Shown one piece after another: positions 10,108 to 21,136 of a DNA stretch of 64,000 nucleotides (within the stretch, counting starts at the first letter, position 1; the number at the start of each line of letters is the position of its first letter). Source of the DNA: Promethearchaeota archaeon. GTDB lineage: Archaea; Asgardarchaeota; Lokiarchaeia; Sigyniarchaeales; SOKP01. The translations under genes were made by a program, and so were the position numbers. Under the pieces are notes generated by a model. It was given only the letters and a program-made list of their open reading frames with translations, searched no databases and was not told the DNA's origin. The DNA lies in the NCBI GenBank assembly GCA_048941265.1, contig JBHLNT010000006.1, positions 1 through 64,000 of the forward strand. Reading direction: 5' to 3'.

Positions 10108-10839
10108 ATGGCAATACCAATTATAGTGTTATTTGACTTAGATGGTGTTGTTTTAACTCAAAAAGCACTTGAATATACTGCTTTAATGCATCTTAGGAAA
10201 AAGTTTTATAATTGGCAAAATATCGAAAATTTCCGACTGATTGACTTTGCAAGAATTTTTGAAGAATCAGATTCTAAGAATAGACTAAAAGCACTCAAAA
10301 AGGCAAATTTTTCATATAAATCGATTATTCCTAATAAAATTAAGAGATTAATCTTTTTTATGAGTTTTCGACTTACTTATAAGAAATATGAGAAAATGTA
10401 CGAGAAGGTAAATCCCCAATTACACTCAATTTTAATTAAATTTAAAAATTTTGGGATTATTTCCGGTATTGTATCAAATACCAGTAGAAAAAGATTAATA
10501 TACTATAAATCAAATTTTGATTTGGATGAGTATATCTCTATTTTTATTTCACGAGATAATATCTCGGTAAGAAAACCCCATCCTTACCCTATAATATTCG
10601 CATTAAAAGAAATAAAGGAAATGTTTAAACTTCCAATTATTAATAAAAAAAAAGTTTATTACGTTGGTGATCTCTCATCAGATATTATATGTGCTAAGGC
10701 TGCAAAAGTTAATAGTATTGCATTACTCTCTGGACATGGTACGGAAAAACAATTAAGGAATTCAAAACCAGATTATATTATTAAAGAAATTAAAGATATG
10801 CTGAAGATTGAACCGTTCAAAAAATTATTATCCGATTAA
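10108..10839 (+). CDS. HAD-family hydrolase (phosphoglycolate phosphatase-like)
   Basis: FDLDGV, VSN, KPHP, YVGDLSSD motifs. Confidence 0.9.
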   Translation: MAIPIIVLFDLDGVVLTQKALEYTALMHLRKKFYNWQNIENFRLIDFARIFEESDSKNRLKALKKANFSYKSIIPNKIKRLIFFMSFRLTYKKYEKMYEKVNPQLHSILIKFKNFGIISGIVSNTSRKRLIYYKSNFDLDEYISIFISRDNISVRKPHPYPIIFALKEIKEMFKLPIINKKKVYYVGDLSSDIICAKAAKVNSIALLSGHGTEKQLRNSKPDYIIKEIKDMLKIEPFKKLLSD

Positions 10840-10857
10840 ACTTTAGATTATATAGAT

Positions 10858-13578
10858 ATGTTTAATTTGGAAGATTTTTATGATTATAAGGAAATCGAAC
10901 CGCTAATTATAAGGTTAAATAAGTTTATATCTAAAGAAAAAATTGTAAAGATCCAAAAAACCATCAAACAACTTGAAAATTTATTAGAAGAAAGCGATTT
11001 CCGTATTCCAATAACTTATATTTTAAGTATATTAGCTGAAAATTATATTGAATTAATTTCTTCAGATTTAATTAACAAACTTGAACCATTTCTTAAAGCT
11101 AAAAATGAGAAACTAAAAGTGAATTCGATAATTATTTTGGGATTTTATATTCTTGGAAATGCTAATTTAATAAAAAAATACTTTTCAATTTTTATTCAGT
11201 TATTAATTAATGATTCTGAAGATGTTAAAGATAATGCTCATTATTTTTTACATGAATTCGTAAAGGAGTCACCCACCTCAATTTATTCTCATGTTAATAT
11301 ACTTCTAGACGCCTTGAAATTAGAAAAAAAGAAAGAGAACATCATTTCTCTATTACACTTTCTTCAATATATCAACGAATTAGATTTCAAGCAACTTTAT
11401 AGGTTTAGAGAGAGCGCAAAAGAATTAATGCAGAGTGATGTTAGCGCTGAATCACCTGAAATTTTAAAATATTTGGAAATTTTATTTAAAAGATTTTTTC
11501 CCTCCTTAAAAGAAATTGATTTTAGGAATTTAAAAACAGAGGATTCATTAAAGCTATTAGATGGCCAATTTTTAATGAAGAAACTTAATATTTCAGAGAT
11601 AGCCCAAGAAAAAAATATGAATATTAAGAATCTTTTAGAAAAAATTAAAAAATCACGACTAAAAGACGTAGAAATATATTTTTATATAAAGGATAAAAAA
11701 AAGAATGAAATATATTTTTATGAACTAGAAAAAAATAAGCTTTATAACATTTTTAACACTGATAATAAGATATCATATCAAAAATTAAAAGAAACTTTTT
11801 CTCAAATAATAGAAAATGATTCAGAGTTAGAATTATTTATAGCTACTTTACTCAATTTAAATCTTATTAAAGGATATATTTCAAAATTTAACTTCTATCC
11901 TTATGAATACCTTAAATCTGATATTAACAATCAATTTCTTAAAAAGGGGCATATAAATATAAAAAAACAATATGATTTTTTACCTGCTAGCTTTGTTCAC
12001 GATATTATTGCTGATTTGAATCAAGAATTTTTAATGGGAACAAATTTGCAAGTATACTATTCATTAAAAAAAATTATTCAGCAAATAAATAGAGTGGCAG
12101 CTAATAATAGCGTCATAGATCTTAAATCTTATCGACAAAAATTATTAGAACAGGATTTTATTAAATTAATCAAAAACTTACCACGAGATTATCTAACTAA
12201 TTTTCATAAAGGAACATCTTGGTTAACCAACATTGGAAGAATTCGAGTTGAAGATGAGATTAATAATTCAAAATTAATAGGATTTATAGATATGATAAAA
12301 ATTTCAGAAAAATTAAAAATTAATAAATTATTGCTAATGGATATCTTAACCTCAAATATTGACCCAAGAAGCGGGATTTGGGATAAGAATAAAGAGATTT
12401 TCTACTTTTCGAAATATTTAAATAGTCGAATTGAAGAAATTAACCGAAATTCTGATGAAACTAGTAAAAAAGAACAAATTAATAAAGTTGCTGAAGAGCT
12501 TAATATAGATATTGATCATATCCTTTCAAAAATTGATGAAAATCTCAAATCAATAGGGGAAGAAATAAAAAGAAAAGATGAGATTAATATCCTAGAATAT
12601 ACTGAAAAAACAGGAATGAATTATGATGTTTTTTTCAGTTTTATTAATGAGTTAGGGTTAAATTACTTTATCAAAGGAGATCAGCTGATTTTAAGTCCAA
12701 AAAAGATTGAAGAAGCAAAAAATAATATTAAATATAACTTAATTGATAGAGCAAAATCTGCTAAGCTAATTTCATTAGGGAATTTTGGAATAAATTCAGA
12801 TTTAATTAAAGAACTTATTAGTGAATTAAAAAAAGATGGCAAGTTACAAGGAATTTTTCATGAAGAAGCGGGAGAAATTGTTTTTTATACATTAAAGGGA
12901 ATTCGCGATTTAATGTTAGAAAATAGTTTCCTCTTTTCATTCGAAGATCTTTTTTACGGAAAAGAATTAAATGAGGATGAAATAAGTTTATTGAAAGAAT
13001 TATTAGAAAATCTAATAAAGGAGAGGAAATTAAAAGGTACTTTTGATATTAAAACAAATACATTTTCAAGCGAAGAACTATTGTTTGAATTTGATTATAA
13101 TACTGTAATAGATGATTTTAGAAAAGTCGTGAATAAACACATAAAAAAATTTACCATAGAATTTCAGAAAATTAAGCAAATATTGTCTAAACAAGATGAG
13201 ACAATATTCCCTCAAGAAATAAAAATCATTCAAGATACAATTGATAGAATTAACTTAAATTATGTAAAATGGAGGGCTCAACTAAATGCTTATGTAATTG
13301 AAGCTAATAAAAAATTGCTCCAAAACCAAGGATTTAGTTTTAAGAGATATCAAAACCTACCAGCTGAAAAAAAAAATGACGTGAAGATCTTTAAAGAGGA
13401 TCCAGATGTTTATGAGTTATTAGATAAATTTGAACAATGGGTAAAAGTATTTAACGAAATTGAACAAAATTATGGAAAAATAATTTTTCTTCAAAAACGA
13501 TTGATAAATAACCCAGAAGATAAAGAAGCTAAAAATAACCTTAATGAGCTGCTGGTAAATTTAAGTTTAAATTCTTAA
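10858..13578 (+). CDS. Large protein with N-terminal ARM/HEAT repeats and multiple winged-helix (PCI-like) repeats
   Basis: HEAT-like helical N-terminus; repeated 'L..LI..G.L.G.(I/F)' winged-helix motifs (LLNLNLIKGYI, LKKDGKLQGIF, LIKERKLKGTFD). Confidence 0.55.
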   Translation: MFNLEDFYDYKEIEPLIIRLNKFISKEKIVKIQKTIKQLENLLEESDFRIPITYILSILAENYIELISSDLINKLEPFLKAKNEKLKVNSIIILGFYILGNANLIKKYFSIFIQLLINDSEDVKDNAHYFLHEFVKESPTSIYSHVNILLDALKLEKKKENIISLLHFLQYINELDFKQLYRFRESAKELMQSDVSAESPEILKYLEILFKRFFPSLKEIDFRNLKTEDSLKLLDGQFLMKKLNISEIAQEKNMNIKNLLEKIKKSRLKDVEIYFYIKDKKKNEIYFYELEKNKLYNIFNTDNKISYQKLKETFSQIIENDSELELFIATLLNLNLIKGYISKFNFYPYEYLKSDINNQFLKKGHINIKKQYDFLPASFVHDIIADLNQEFLMGTNLQVYYSLKKIIQQINRVAANNSVIDLKSYRQKLLEQDFIKLIKNLPRDYLTNFHKGTSWLTNIGRIRVEDEINNSKLIGFIDMIKISEKLKINKLLLMDILTSNIDPRSGIWDKNKEIFYFSKYLNSRIEEINRNSDETSKKEQINKVAEELNIDIDHILSKIDENLKSIGEEIKRKDEINILEYTEKTGMNYDVFFSFINELGLNYFIKGDQLILSPKKIEEAKNNIKYNLIDRAKSAKLISLGNFGINSDLIKELISELKKDGKLQGIFHEEAGEIVFYTLKGIRDLMLENSFLFSFEDLFYGKELNEDEISLLKELLENLIKERKLKGTFDIKTNTFSSEELLFEFDYNTVIDDFRKVVNKHIKKFTIEFQKIKQILSKQDETIFPQEIKIIQDTIDRINLNYVKWRAQLNAYVIEANKKLLQNQGFSFKRYQNLPAEKKNDVKIFKEDPDVYELLDKFEQWVKVFNEIEQNYGKIIFLQKRLINNPEDKEAKNNLNELLVNLSLNS

Positions 13579-13590
13579 ACGTTTTTTTGT

Positions 13591-13875
13591 CTATTTTTTA
13601 TCTTTATCAATTTGATTGATAAACTTATCGACATCAATTTTATTTTCTACTTTAATTTTATACGTTTTTGGCTTCAATATACCATTTTCTTCAAGAATAC
13701 CTTCCTTAGCAAGAAAATCAAGCGAACGCCAAATAAAATTAATTTTAGACCGGTTCGAAGATTTAATATTATAACATCTTCTAATCCTTTTAGTATTAAC
13801 AATACAAACATTATTATCCATTAATTTATTAATAGCCTCAAGCGTCTCTTTAACGTTTTTCAAAAAAAAATCCAT
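13591..13875 (-). CDS. Small winged-helix-like hypothetical protein
   Basis: 'FIWRSLDFLAKEGILE...PKTYKI' winged-helix pattern. Confidence 0.55.
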   Translation of the reverse strand: MDFFLKNVKETLEAINKLMDNNVCIVNTKRIRRCYNIKSSNRSKINFIWRSLDFLAKEGILEENGILKPKTYKIKVENKIDVDKFINQIDKDKK

Positions 13876-14184
13876 TTAAGCTGAGTACCTCGTAAAAGCT
13901 CTAAATTGAGATGTATAATAATTTTAATTAGTTAAATTATTCAAGTAAAAAATTGGGTTTAAAAGTGTGATTGATTATTATAGTATATAAATTTATATTT
14001 TTAGGAGTTTATATAGTTTTTTTCTTTAAAAAGGATTCTTTTTAATTAATGAAGCTTATTAAGATTTTAATTTTAATAACATAAATCATGGAAAATCTGG
14101 AAGAATTCTAGATAAATGGCTCTGCATTTTGAAGATAATTTCTTTTTATAAAGGGAATTATGATATAAAAAACTAAAATATTAT

Positions 14185-15813
14185 TTAATGGCGAAATACT
14201 CTCTTTCCACAAAAGATTAGGGCACAACCTAGCTCATCAGCTCGTTTAATAATCATATCATCTCTTATAGAACCTCCGGGATTAATTATTGCTTTTGCCC
14301 CTGCTTCTATTGCTGCTTCTAGACCATCCGGGAAGGGGAAAAACGAATCTGTTCCCATTAAGGAATTTTTAAGCTCTTCTTTATGCCCAAATTCTATGGC
14401 TTTTTGTATAGCTAATTTCACAACATGGACACGACTTTGCTGACCGGCACCAATTCCAATGGAATAAACTCCTGTATCATAAACTTGAGCAAAACAGGCG
14501 GAATTTGATTTGGCCCACTTAGATACTTTATACGCAAAAATTAAGGCTTCTTTTTCATTTTCATCAACCTGTTTTTTACTGACTACATTCCATTCTTTAA
14601 TGACAGGTTTAAAGTCATATTCTTGAACTAGAACACCTCCCAAGGTGGAACGAATTTCAAAATTTTTATAAATCTCTTCCCTTTTATCAAGTAGATCTCC
14701 GTACTCTAAAATTCTCATATTTTCTCTCGTTTTTAATATATCTAGAGCCTCAGGATCAAATGAGGGAGCAATAAGAACTTCTACAAATATTTTTTCTTTA
14801 TTTACAATAAAATCAGCAATTTCTCTGGTTAATTTTTGATTTACACCCCAAATTCCTCCAAATGCGGATAAGGGGTCGCAACTAAAAGCCATTTGAACGG
14901 ATTTTAATTGGTCTTTTCTATCAATTGCTATCCCATTTGGAGAAGTATGCTTTAAAATAGCTGTTACGTAATGTTCCTTCCCAAAATCTAGAAGCATCTG
15001 TAAACAAGCGTCAATATCCAAGTAATTATTAAAAGAAATTTCTTTTCCACTTAATTGCTTTAAATTATGAAGCCCATATTTAGCAGATAAATCTCTATAA
15101 TATGCTGCTGCTTGATCCCAATTTTCTCCGTATCTACAATCTTGGACTTTTTCATAAATTTTATATAATCTGGCTCCCATTTTCACTTCGGGATTATAAT
15201 AGTGCTGTAGATAATTAGCTATCGTAAAATTATAATCAGCCATAATCGCAAACACTTCTTGAGCTAAAGCAGCTCGAGTTTTTTCTGTTATTGCCCCTCT
15301 ATTTTTTCTCATCTCGTTAATTATTTCATCATAATATTCGGGACTTGGAACCACAATAACATCCGGAAAATTCTTTGCAGCAGATCTAATCATCGTCGGA
15401 CCTCCTATGTCAATCATCTCTAATGCTTCTTCTAAAGTGATATCTGGTTTCTCAATAGCTTCTTTAAACTGATATAAATTGCACACCACCATATCAATTG
15501 GGCGGATATGAAATCTTTCTGCTTCATCTATATCTTTTTGAATATCTCGACGAAGTAAGATTCCTCCTTCTATCTTTGGGTGTAAAGTCTTAACTCTGCC
15601 ATCAAACATTTCAGGAGACTGAGTATAATCCGAAATTTTTATATATTTTATTCCATTTTGTTCTAATAGTTTACCAGTGCCTCCAGTTGATAAAATTTCA
15701 ACTTTAAATTCATTAATCAATACTTTTACAAATTCTAATAATTTGTTTTTATCAAATACACTTATAATTGCGCGTTCAATTTTTTTCATGGAAACCAAAC
15801 CTAATATAATCAA
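14185..15813 (-). CDS. purH: Bifunctional AICAR transformylase/IMP cyclohydrolase
   Basis: STGGT, GRVKTLHP, IDIGGPTM.RSAAKN, RYGEN, KHTSP, GKRVFRH; true start probably the ATG of MKKIER. Confidence 0.95.
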   Translation of the reverse strand: MIILGLVSMKKIERAIISVFDKNKLLEFVKVLINEFKVEILSTGGTGKLLEQNGIKYIKISDYTQSPEMFDGRVKTLHPKIEGGILLRRDIQKDIDEAERFHIRPIDMVVCNLYQFKEAIEKPDITLEEALEMIDIGGPTMIRSAAKNFPDVIVVPSPEYYDEIINEMRKNRGAITEKTRAALAQEVFAIMADYNFTIANYLQHYYNPEVKMGARLYKIYEKVQDCRYGENWDQAAAYYRDLSAKYGLHNLKQLSGKEISFNNYLDIDACLQMLLDFGKEHYVTAILKHTSPNGIAIDRKDQLKSVQMAFSCDPLSAFGGIWGVNQKLTREIADFIVNKEKIFVEVLIAPSFDPEALDILKTRENMRILEYGDLLDKREEIYKNFEIRSTLGGVLVQEYDFKPVIKEWNVVSKKQVDENEKEALIFAYKVSKWAKSNSACFAQVYDTGVYSIGIGAGQQSRVHVVKLAIQKAIEFGHKEELKNSLMGTDSFFPFPDGLEAAIEAGAKAIINPGGSIRDDMIIKRADELGCALIFCGKRVFRH

Positions 15814-15938
15814 TTGAAATTATAATAACATTTTAGATTAATATTCGATGGGGTTAAAACTTAATTAATTAGAGGTAAATAAAAAAAATGCTTAGAGCTT
15901 TGAATTTTAGAATGTTTTTATTAATTAAAATCTCTATT

Positions 15939-17036
15939 TTATTTTAGGTTGGGTAAATCTCTAATCACATCTTTTCCATGCTCGACCAATTCCGGATTTT
16001 TGAGCAAATTTACACCACATTCTGTTAATATTGCTTTTTTCTCTTCTTCATTAAATATATTTGCTTCAAATCTTTGAAATTTGATATATTCTATGGCCAA
16101 ATTTGCTTTTAATAATTCATGAAAAATTAATCGTATATCCATATTACACCCTGCAATTAATAATTCATCAGTTTTGCGTTTAATGGCATTTTTGATAATC
16201 GATCCGATTGTAGCGCTGATCCGAGGGATTACATATTGCATAATTGAGGTTGTAGCTACTATAGCGACTTTTTGTAAAATATTTATCCACCGATTATTAT
16301 CAACATTATAAATAACCCAATCCACCTCAAATCCAAATTTTTTATCTGCTTCAATAAATTCTAGGTATTCAATTTCTTCAATTTCATTATTAGCCTTGAA
16401 TGCGAGACTAATTTCCCTTAATTCATCTATATATAGAATTTCTCCGTCTTGATTGGTATACTCTTTAATATTTTCTTTTGAAATTTGAAAAAGTTCAAAA
16501 CACATAAGTATAGCAGTTTTGACTATACTTGAAGGATTTTTTATAGTTGATTTGAGGGTCTCAAGGGATTTTCTAGCCATTCTCATGTATTCTAAGAGTT
16601 CATCTTGATTTTTAATATTAATTTTTGCCGCAAGTGCTTTAGGATCTTTATCGATAAATTCTAAAAATAAGCCTAAATTTTGTACTTGAGTCTGCTCGAT
16701 TATATGATTTACATCCTTTTCTGATAAGCCTTTTTTAACTAAAAAGATTTTCAAAGGCCCTTCTCTTTCAGCTAATTTTACCTTCTTTTCTTCAACTTTT
16801 TCACGCAATTTTTTAACTGCTTTTATAACTCTTCTGTCTTTTTGATTATCAAGCTCATCAATATTAATTAATTTTTCTTCTTGAAAACCTGGAAAAAATC
16901 TATCATCTAATTTTAAATTTTTAGGATCAAATTCTTCATTGGGGCTGAAAATTGTAGAAAATGCGAAACGCAAACTGCCTCTTACGTCAACCATACTTAA
17001 TTCCCATTCATGTAGAAAATTTAATAAATAATACAA
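15939..17036 (-). CDS. Hypothetical protein
   Basis: Long ORF; no recognised family motif. Confidence 0.6.
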   Translation of the reverse strand: MYYLLNFLHEWELSMVDVRGSLRFAFSTIFSPNEEFDPKNLKLDDRFFPGFQEEKLINIDELDNQKDRRVIKAVKKLREKVEEKKVKLAEREGPLKIFLVKKGLSEKDVNHIIEQTQVQNLGLFLEFIDKDPKALAAKINIKNQDELLEYMRMARKSLETLKSTIKNPSSIVKTAILMCFELFQISKENIKEYTNQDGEILYIDELREISLAFKANNEIEEIEYLEFIEADKKFGFEVDWVIYNVDNNRWINILQKVAIVATTSIMQYVIPRISATIGSIIKNAIKRKTDELLIAGCNMDIRLIFHELLKANLAIEYIKFQRFEANIFNEEEKKAILTECGVNLLKNPELVEHGKDVIRDLPNLK

Positions 17037-17136
17037 GAATTTGCTTATAATATTTTGTAAAATCTTTCTATTAAGTTTTAATTTAAAATAAAAGTCAACT
17101 TTAACTGAGAATTAGTATAAATAAGGATTTGATAAG

Positions 17137-18603
17137 TTAATATTTACCTAATAAATCATGTGGTCTTGCCTCTGTTTGTCCTATGGCAGAAATTACTCCC
17201 ATTTTAGCATTTCTCATTTTTCGGAGATTTTGAGCTCCTGCATATATCATTCCATTAGCTAAACCTTCTTTTAGTGTTTCTAACATGCTTTCCAAAGGTC
17301 CCGTAAAGGGTACATGATCAGAAACACCCTCAGGAAGCATTTTTGCTTCTATGCTATATCTATCTAATACATAATTAGTAGTTCGCGCTTCTTTCGAACC
17401 CATACCTCTATAAATCTTTACTTTTCTTCCTTGTATTGTGTCTAAGTACCCAGGGCTTTCAGTCGTACCTGCAAAGAAATGTCCTGACATAATCATATCG
17501 GCTCCAACTGCGAAAGCTTTTGGTAGATCTCCTGGATTTTTGAAGCCTCCATCTGCAATTAAACCCATCTCTGGGTTATAATCGGCTATAGCATCTGCAA
17601 CTTCAGCAGTAGCAAATAATGTAGGAGCTCCTACACCAGTTTGGATAGAAGTTGTACATATAGATCCAGAGCCCATTCCAGCTTTCAATGCGATAACCTT
17701 ATCAGGATAATCACATTTAGTTAAAATATATTCGGCCGCTTCATAGGTTCCAATATTACCGATCACGAAATCAGCTTCCAATAAATCCATTAATTTTCTT
17801 GTTCCTTCAATATCATCTTTTTTATAAAAATCTGCTACATCTATAAAAAATAGATCCGTAAATTGGTCAATTTCCTTAAGTTTTGAGATAGCCTCATGAG
17901 TGGTGGGACATTTAGGGCTAATTGCCAACGCACATAACAAACGTCCCTCTTCGTCGATTGAAGCTAAAGGAAATTCTGGTTTTAAATCCTTTTTAGTAAT
18001 TAATCCTTTTAAACTCCCATTATCTATAATTGGTAATTTTTCAATTCTATGCCTAAAGAGCATTTCTAAAGCCTCTTCACGGGACGCTCCCGGTTTGATT
18101 GAAACCACATCTTTAGTCATAAAATCTTTTACGAGTCCCTTTTTGATTTCATCTTCTGAAAAAGGGATATCTCTTTTTGTAAAAATTCCACATACTTTAT
18201 TTCCGTCATCAACCACTACAAGCCCATTTATACTGTAAGTTTCCATAAAATTTTTTGCTTTATAGACAGATTCTTCAGGTGAAATCGTCGCAACATCTTC
18301 TATAACAAAAGATCGTGCTCTTTTTACATGGCGCACCATTTTTAATTGCTTTTCATAAGAACAGTTTCGATGTAAAACGCCTAGACCTCCAAACAAGGCC
18401 ATTTTAATTGCCATTTCTTCTTCTGTGACGGTGTCCATTGCTGCTGACATTATAGGTAAATTAAATTTATATTTATCTCCCAAAATTGTGGAAATATCAA
18501 CTTGGTTTGGCTCAAAGTTTGTATATCCCGGGAGGATAAGAACATCATCAAAAGTCGTTATTAACTCGTTTGTATGGGCTTTTTTACGAAAGTGATCTGT
18601 CAT
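17137..18603 (-). CDS. guaB: IMP dehydrogenase with CBS pair
   Basis: TFDDVLILP, SAAMDTVTE, GSGSICTT catalytic Cys, IADGG, YRGMGS, PEGV. Confidence 0.95.
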   Translation of the reverse strand: MTDHFRKKAHTNELITTFDDVLILPGYTNFEPNQVDISTILGDKYKFNLPIMSAAMDTVTEEEMAIKMALFGGLGVLHRNCSYEKQLKMVRHVKRARSFVIEDVATISPEESVYKAKNFMETYSINGLVVVDDGNKVCGIFTKRDIPFSEDEIKKGLVKDFMTKDVVSIKPGASREEALEMLFRHRIEKLPIIDNGSLKGLITKKDLKPEFPLASIDEEGRLLCALAISPKCPTTHEAISKLKEIDQFTDLFFIDVADFYKKDDIEGTRKLMDLLEADFVIGNIGTYEAAEYILTKCDYPDKVIALKAGMGSGSICTTSIQTGVGAPTLFATAEVADAIADYNPEMGLIADGGFKNPGDLPKAFAVGADMIMSGHFFAGTTESPGYLDTIQGRKVKIYRGMGSKEARTTNYVLDRYSIEAKMLPEGVSDHVPFTGPLESMLETLKEGLANGMIYAGAQNLRKMRNAKMGVISAIGQTEARPHDLLGKY

Positions 18604-18791
18604 TTTTAATTCACTAATTTGTAATATAATCTTGAGTATTAATTATAAAGATAATGCTAGGTTATAAATCTTTATCACTAAATAGAATATAAAAAGGAGA
18701 ACTCTCATCATAATTTTCTCATTTTTATTAATATTTTGATAAAATTTAATTAGAGAAAATGAGAGCTTAATCTTCTTAGTCGATCAAAAGT

Positions 18792-19955
18792 CTACATAAT
18801 TCTTGTAGTGATTTCAATCCCTCTTTTTGCTAATTCCTCAATAAAGTAATCTCCAGGTATGGCTAATTCTACTGGGATAGCTCCCTTTTGGATTTTTCCT
18901 TGAGCCATCATAATTGCAACAATTGAGGCATCCCAGCCAGTAGTTCTTTCCATGGCAGTAAATCCTGTGCTCTCATCGTAATAATCAATTAATTCTAAAA
19001 GTACTTCTGCATCCTTTCCATCTTTTTTTCCTAAGCATTTTATTCTAATAACTACTAAATCTTTATTTCCAGGCACTACGACTTTAGGTTCTAAGAGAGT
19101 ATGGAGTATCTTTCGGGGTATAACCTCTTGATCATCAATTAATAGAGGATTTAAATCAAATAAACCTAGATCATACCAGGCTCTTAATTGTGCAAAATGC
19201 CCCGGATATCGAACTGTCTTATTTTGGTATGTGATAAGCTTTCCCTCAAATGTCCAGGGTGCTGTTGAAGTGCCTCCTCCTGTTGTAAAAGCTTCTAAGC
19301 GACCTATAGGAGGAGTAAAATCTATTGTTTCTAATTCTTCTAATGGTTGAATCTCAATAAGCTTGCCATCTCTTAAAAATATTGTGGGTTCTGCATACTC
19401 ATTTGTCAAGCCCTCGATATTAAATGTCAAAAGATAATTAAAAGGAGGACGAGGATTCTGAGGTAAGCCTCCATCCCATATAAAAACCTCTCGTGGTTTA
19501 TCTAATAGACTCATCGCATACACACATAATGTAGTTCCCATACCAGGTACTTGTCCACAGTCAGGAACAATGCTTATACCAACTTCTTTAGCATAAGTAT
19601 TGAGTTTTAATTGTTCTTTAACCAAGTCTGTATTGCCTCCAAGGTCACACATATTTGCTTTTGCTTCTATTGCTGCTTTCGCAATATCCAAATTATAATA
19701 GTAAGGGACAGAACTTAGAAATGAATCTACTCCAGTTAAAAAATCGACTAAAGAGGAATGATCTTTTACATCAATTTGCTTGGCTTTCGCTATTTTTTTA
19801 TTGAGAATGCTATTAACTCTATTAGCGGCTTTTTCCGAATTTACAATAGAAATATCACCAATTAGAACCTTTTCCGCATTTCCCCGTTTCGCCATATCGT
19901 AAGCGGCAGCCGTTCCTTGCCTGCCAGCACCAATAACTGCATAAATATAACCCAT
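18792..19955 (-). CDS. Saccharopine dehydrogenase / lysine 6-dehydrogenase family protein
   Basis: GAGRQG Rossmann motif, DCGQVPG, GGLPQNP, EGLTNEY, KTVRYPGH, AMERTTG. Confidence 0.85.
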   Translation of the reverse strand: MGYIYAVIGAGRQGTAAAYDMAKRGNAEKVLIGDISIVNSEKAANRVNSILNKKIAKAKQIDVKDHSSLVDFLTGVDSFLSSVPYYYNLDIAKAAIEAKANMCDLGGNTDLVKEQLKLNTYAKEVGISIVPDCGQVPGMGTTLCVYAMSLLDKPREVFIWDGGLPQNPRPPFNYLLTFNIEGLTNEYAEPTIFLRDGKLIEIQPLEELETIDFTPPIGRLEAFTTGGGTSTAPWTFEGKLITYQNKTVRYPGHFAQLRAWYDLGLFDLNPLLIDDQEVIPRKILHTLLEPKVVVPGNKDLVVIRIKCLGKKDGKDAEVLLELIDYYDESTGFTAMERTTGWDASIVAIMMAQGKIQKGAIPVELAIPGDYFIEELAKRGIEITTRIM

Positions 19956-20028
19956 ATCTTATCCCAACTTAATAAATTTAATTAATATATGTTATTTAAA
20001 TTATGCTTTAATTTTAAGGAATTAAAAA

Positions 20029-20940
20029 TCACATTCGGGTTAAATTTTTTCTTGACATGTTCTGAATTCTTGGATTATTAATGAATGCATCCAAGGTTTT
20101 AATGAATTTCTCTCTATCTTCTTTAATATTAGATGATTCTATAGCACAATAGTTAGACACGTGATCGTTAAAAACCTGCGAAGTGACATTATTTCCTAAC
20201 TTTGCAATAATCTCTCTTTCTTCTTTTAGATTATCCACTGGTCTTAATAATTCAAATTCACCAGCCTTCCATTCTTTCCATAAAGGTGTATTAGGCATAA
20301 TATTTAGAGTTCGGAATCGAAAGATAGTTGGATTAATCTCCGTCAGGACTCTTGCCGTCTCTTTGACATGCTCTTCAGAAAATTTGTAACTACCAAGACC
20401 GAGAATAATATATAAACTTAATTTAATTCCAGCATTTAGTATTTTTTTGCCTGCTTTTATCATGGATTCCGCATTTGTACCTTTTTTCATAATTCTTAAA
20501 ATTTTACTAGAACCGCTTTCTAAACCCATGTAAACTATATCTAAACCAGCGTCGGCTAAGTTTTTTAATTCTTCCTTTGTTTTTCTTAAAATATCTAAAG
20601 CTTTAGCATAACAACTAATTCGAGGTACATTTCTAAGTTTAATCCTCACATATTTAATAATTTGAATTAAATAATCTGTCGGTGCTGATGTCGGGTTTCC
20701 TCCCGCTAAAAAAACCGGAAATCCATGATAATTCATGTCAGCATATCTATCAATATCACTCAATACATCTTCTAAAGGTCTTATAGCATAATCTTGGCCT
20801 CCACCATAAATACCCTTATAAGTTCCGCAAAATCTACATTGGTTCCATGAACAGCCACCTGTAACCGCAATTAAAACTGAATAGGCTTCGACCGGTGGTC
20901 GAATAATTATTTGTTCTGGAGGGAGTTTATTGCTTATCAA
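20029..20940 (-). CDS. Radical SAM protein
   Basis: RPPVEAYS, CSWNQCRFC, YMGLESG. Confidence 0.85.
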   Translation of the reverse strand: MISNKLPPEQIIIRPPVEAYSVLIAVTGGCSWNQCRFCGTYKGIYGGGQDYAIRPLEDVLSDIDRYADMNYHGFPVFLAGGNPTSAPTDYLIQIIKYVRIKLRNVPRISCYAKALDILRKTKEELKNLADAGLDIVYMGLESGSSKILRIMKKGTNAESMIKAGKKILNAGIKLSLYIILGLGSYKFSEEHVKETARVLTEINPTIFRFRTLNIMPNTPLWKEWKAGEFELLRPVDNLKEEREIIAKLGNNVTSQVFNDHVSNYCAIESSNIKEDREKFIKTLDAFINNPRIQNMSRKNLTRM

Positions 20941-21136
20941 TTTCTACTCAAACTTTTATTATTAATAAAATAAAATCAAAAAAAGTGCTTTTATCTATAA
21001 TATTTAATATAATTCCCTAATTTAGATTTTTACCTTATAAAATAATATCGTTTTCGATTATTTTTTTTGTCAAGCACAATTTATATTTTTATAAAAAAAA
21101 TTTTTACCTCGAGTATTATTTAGGTCTTATGTAAGT

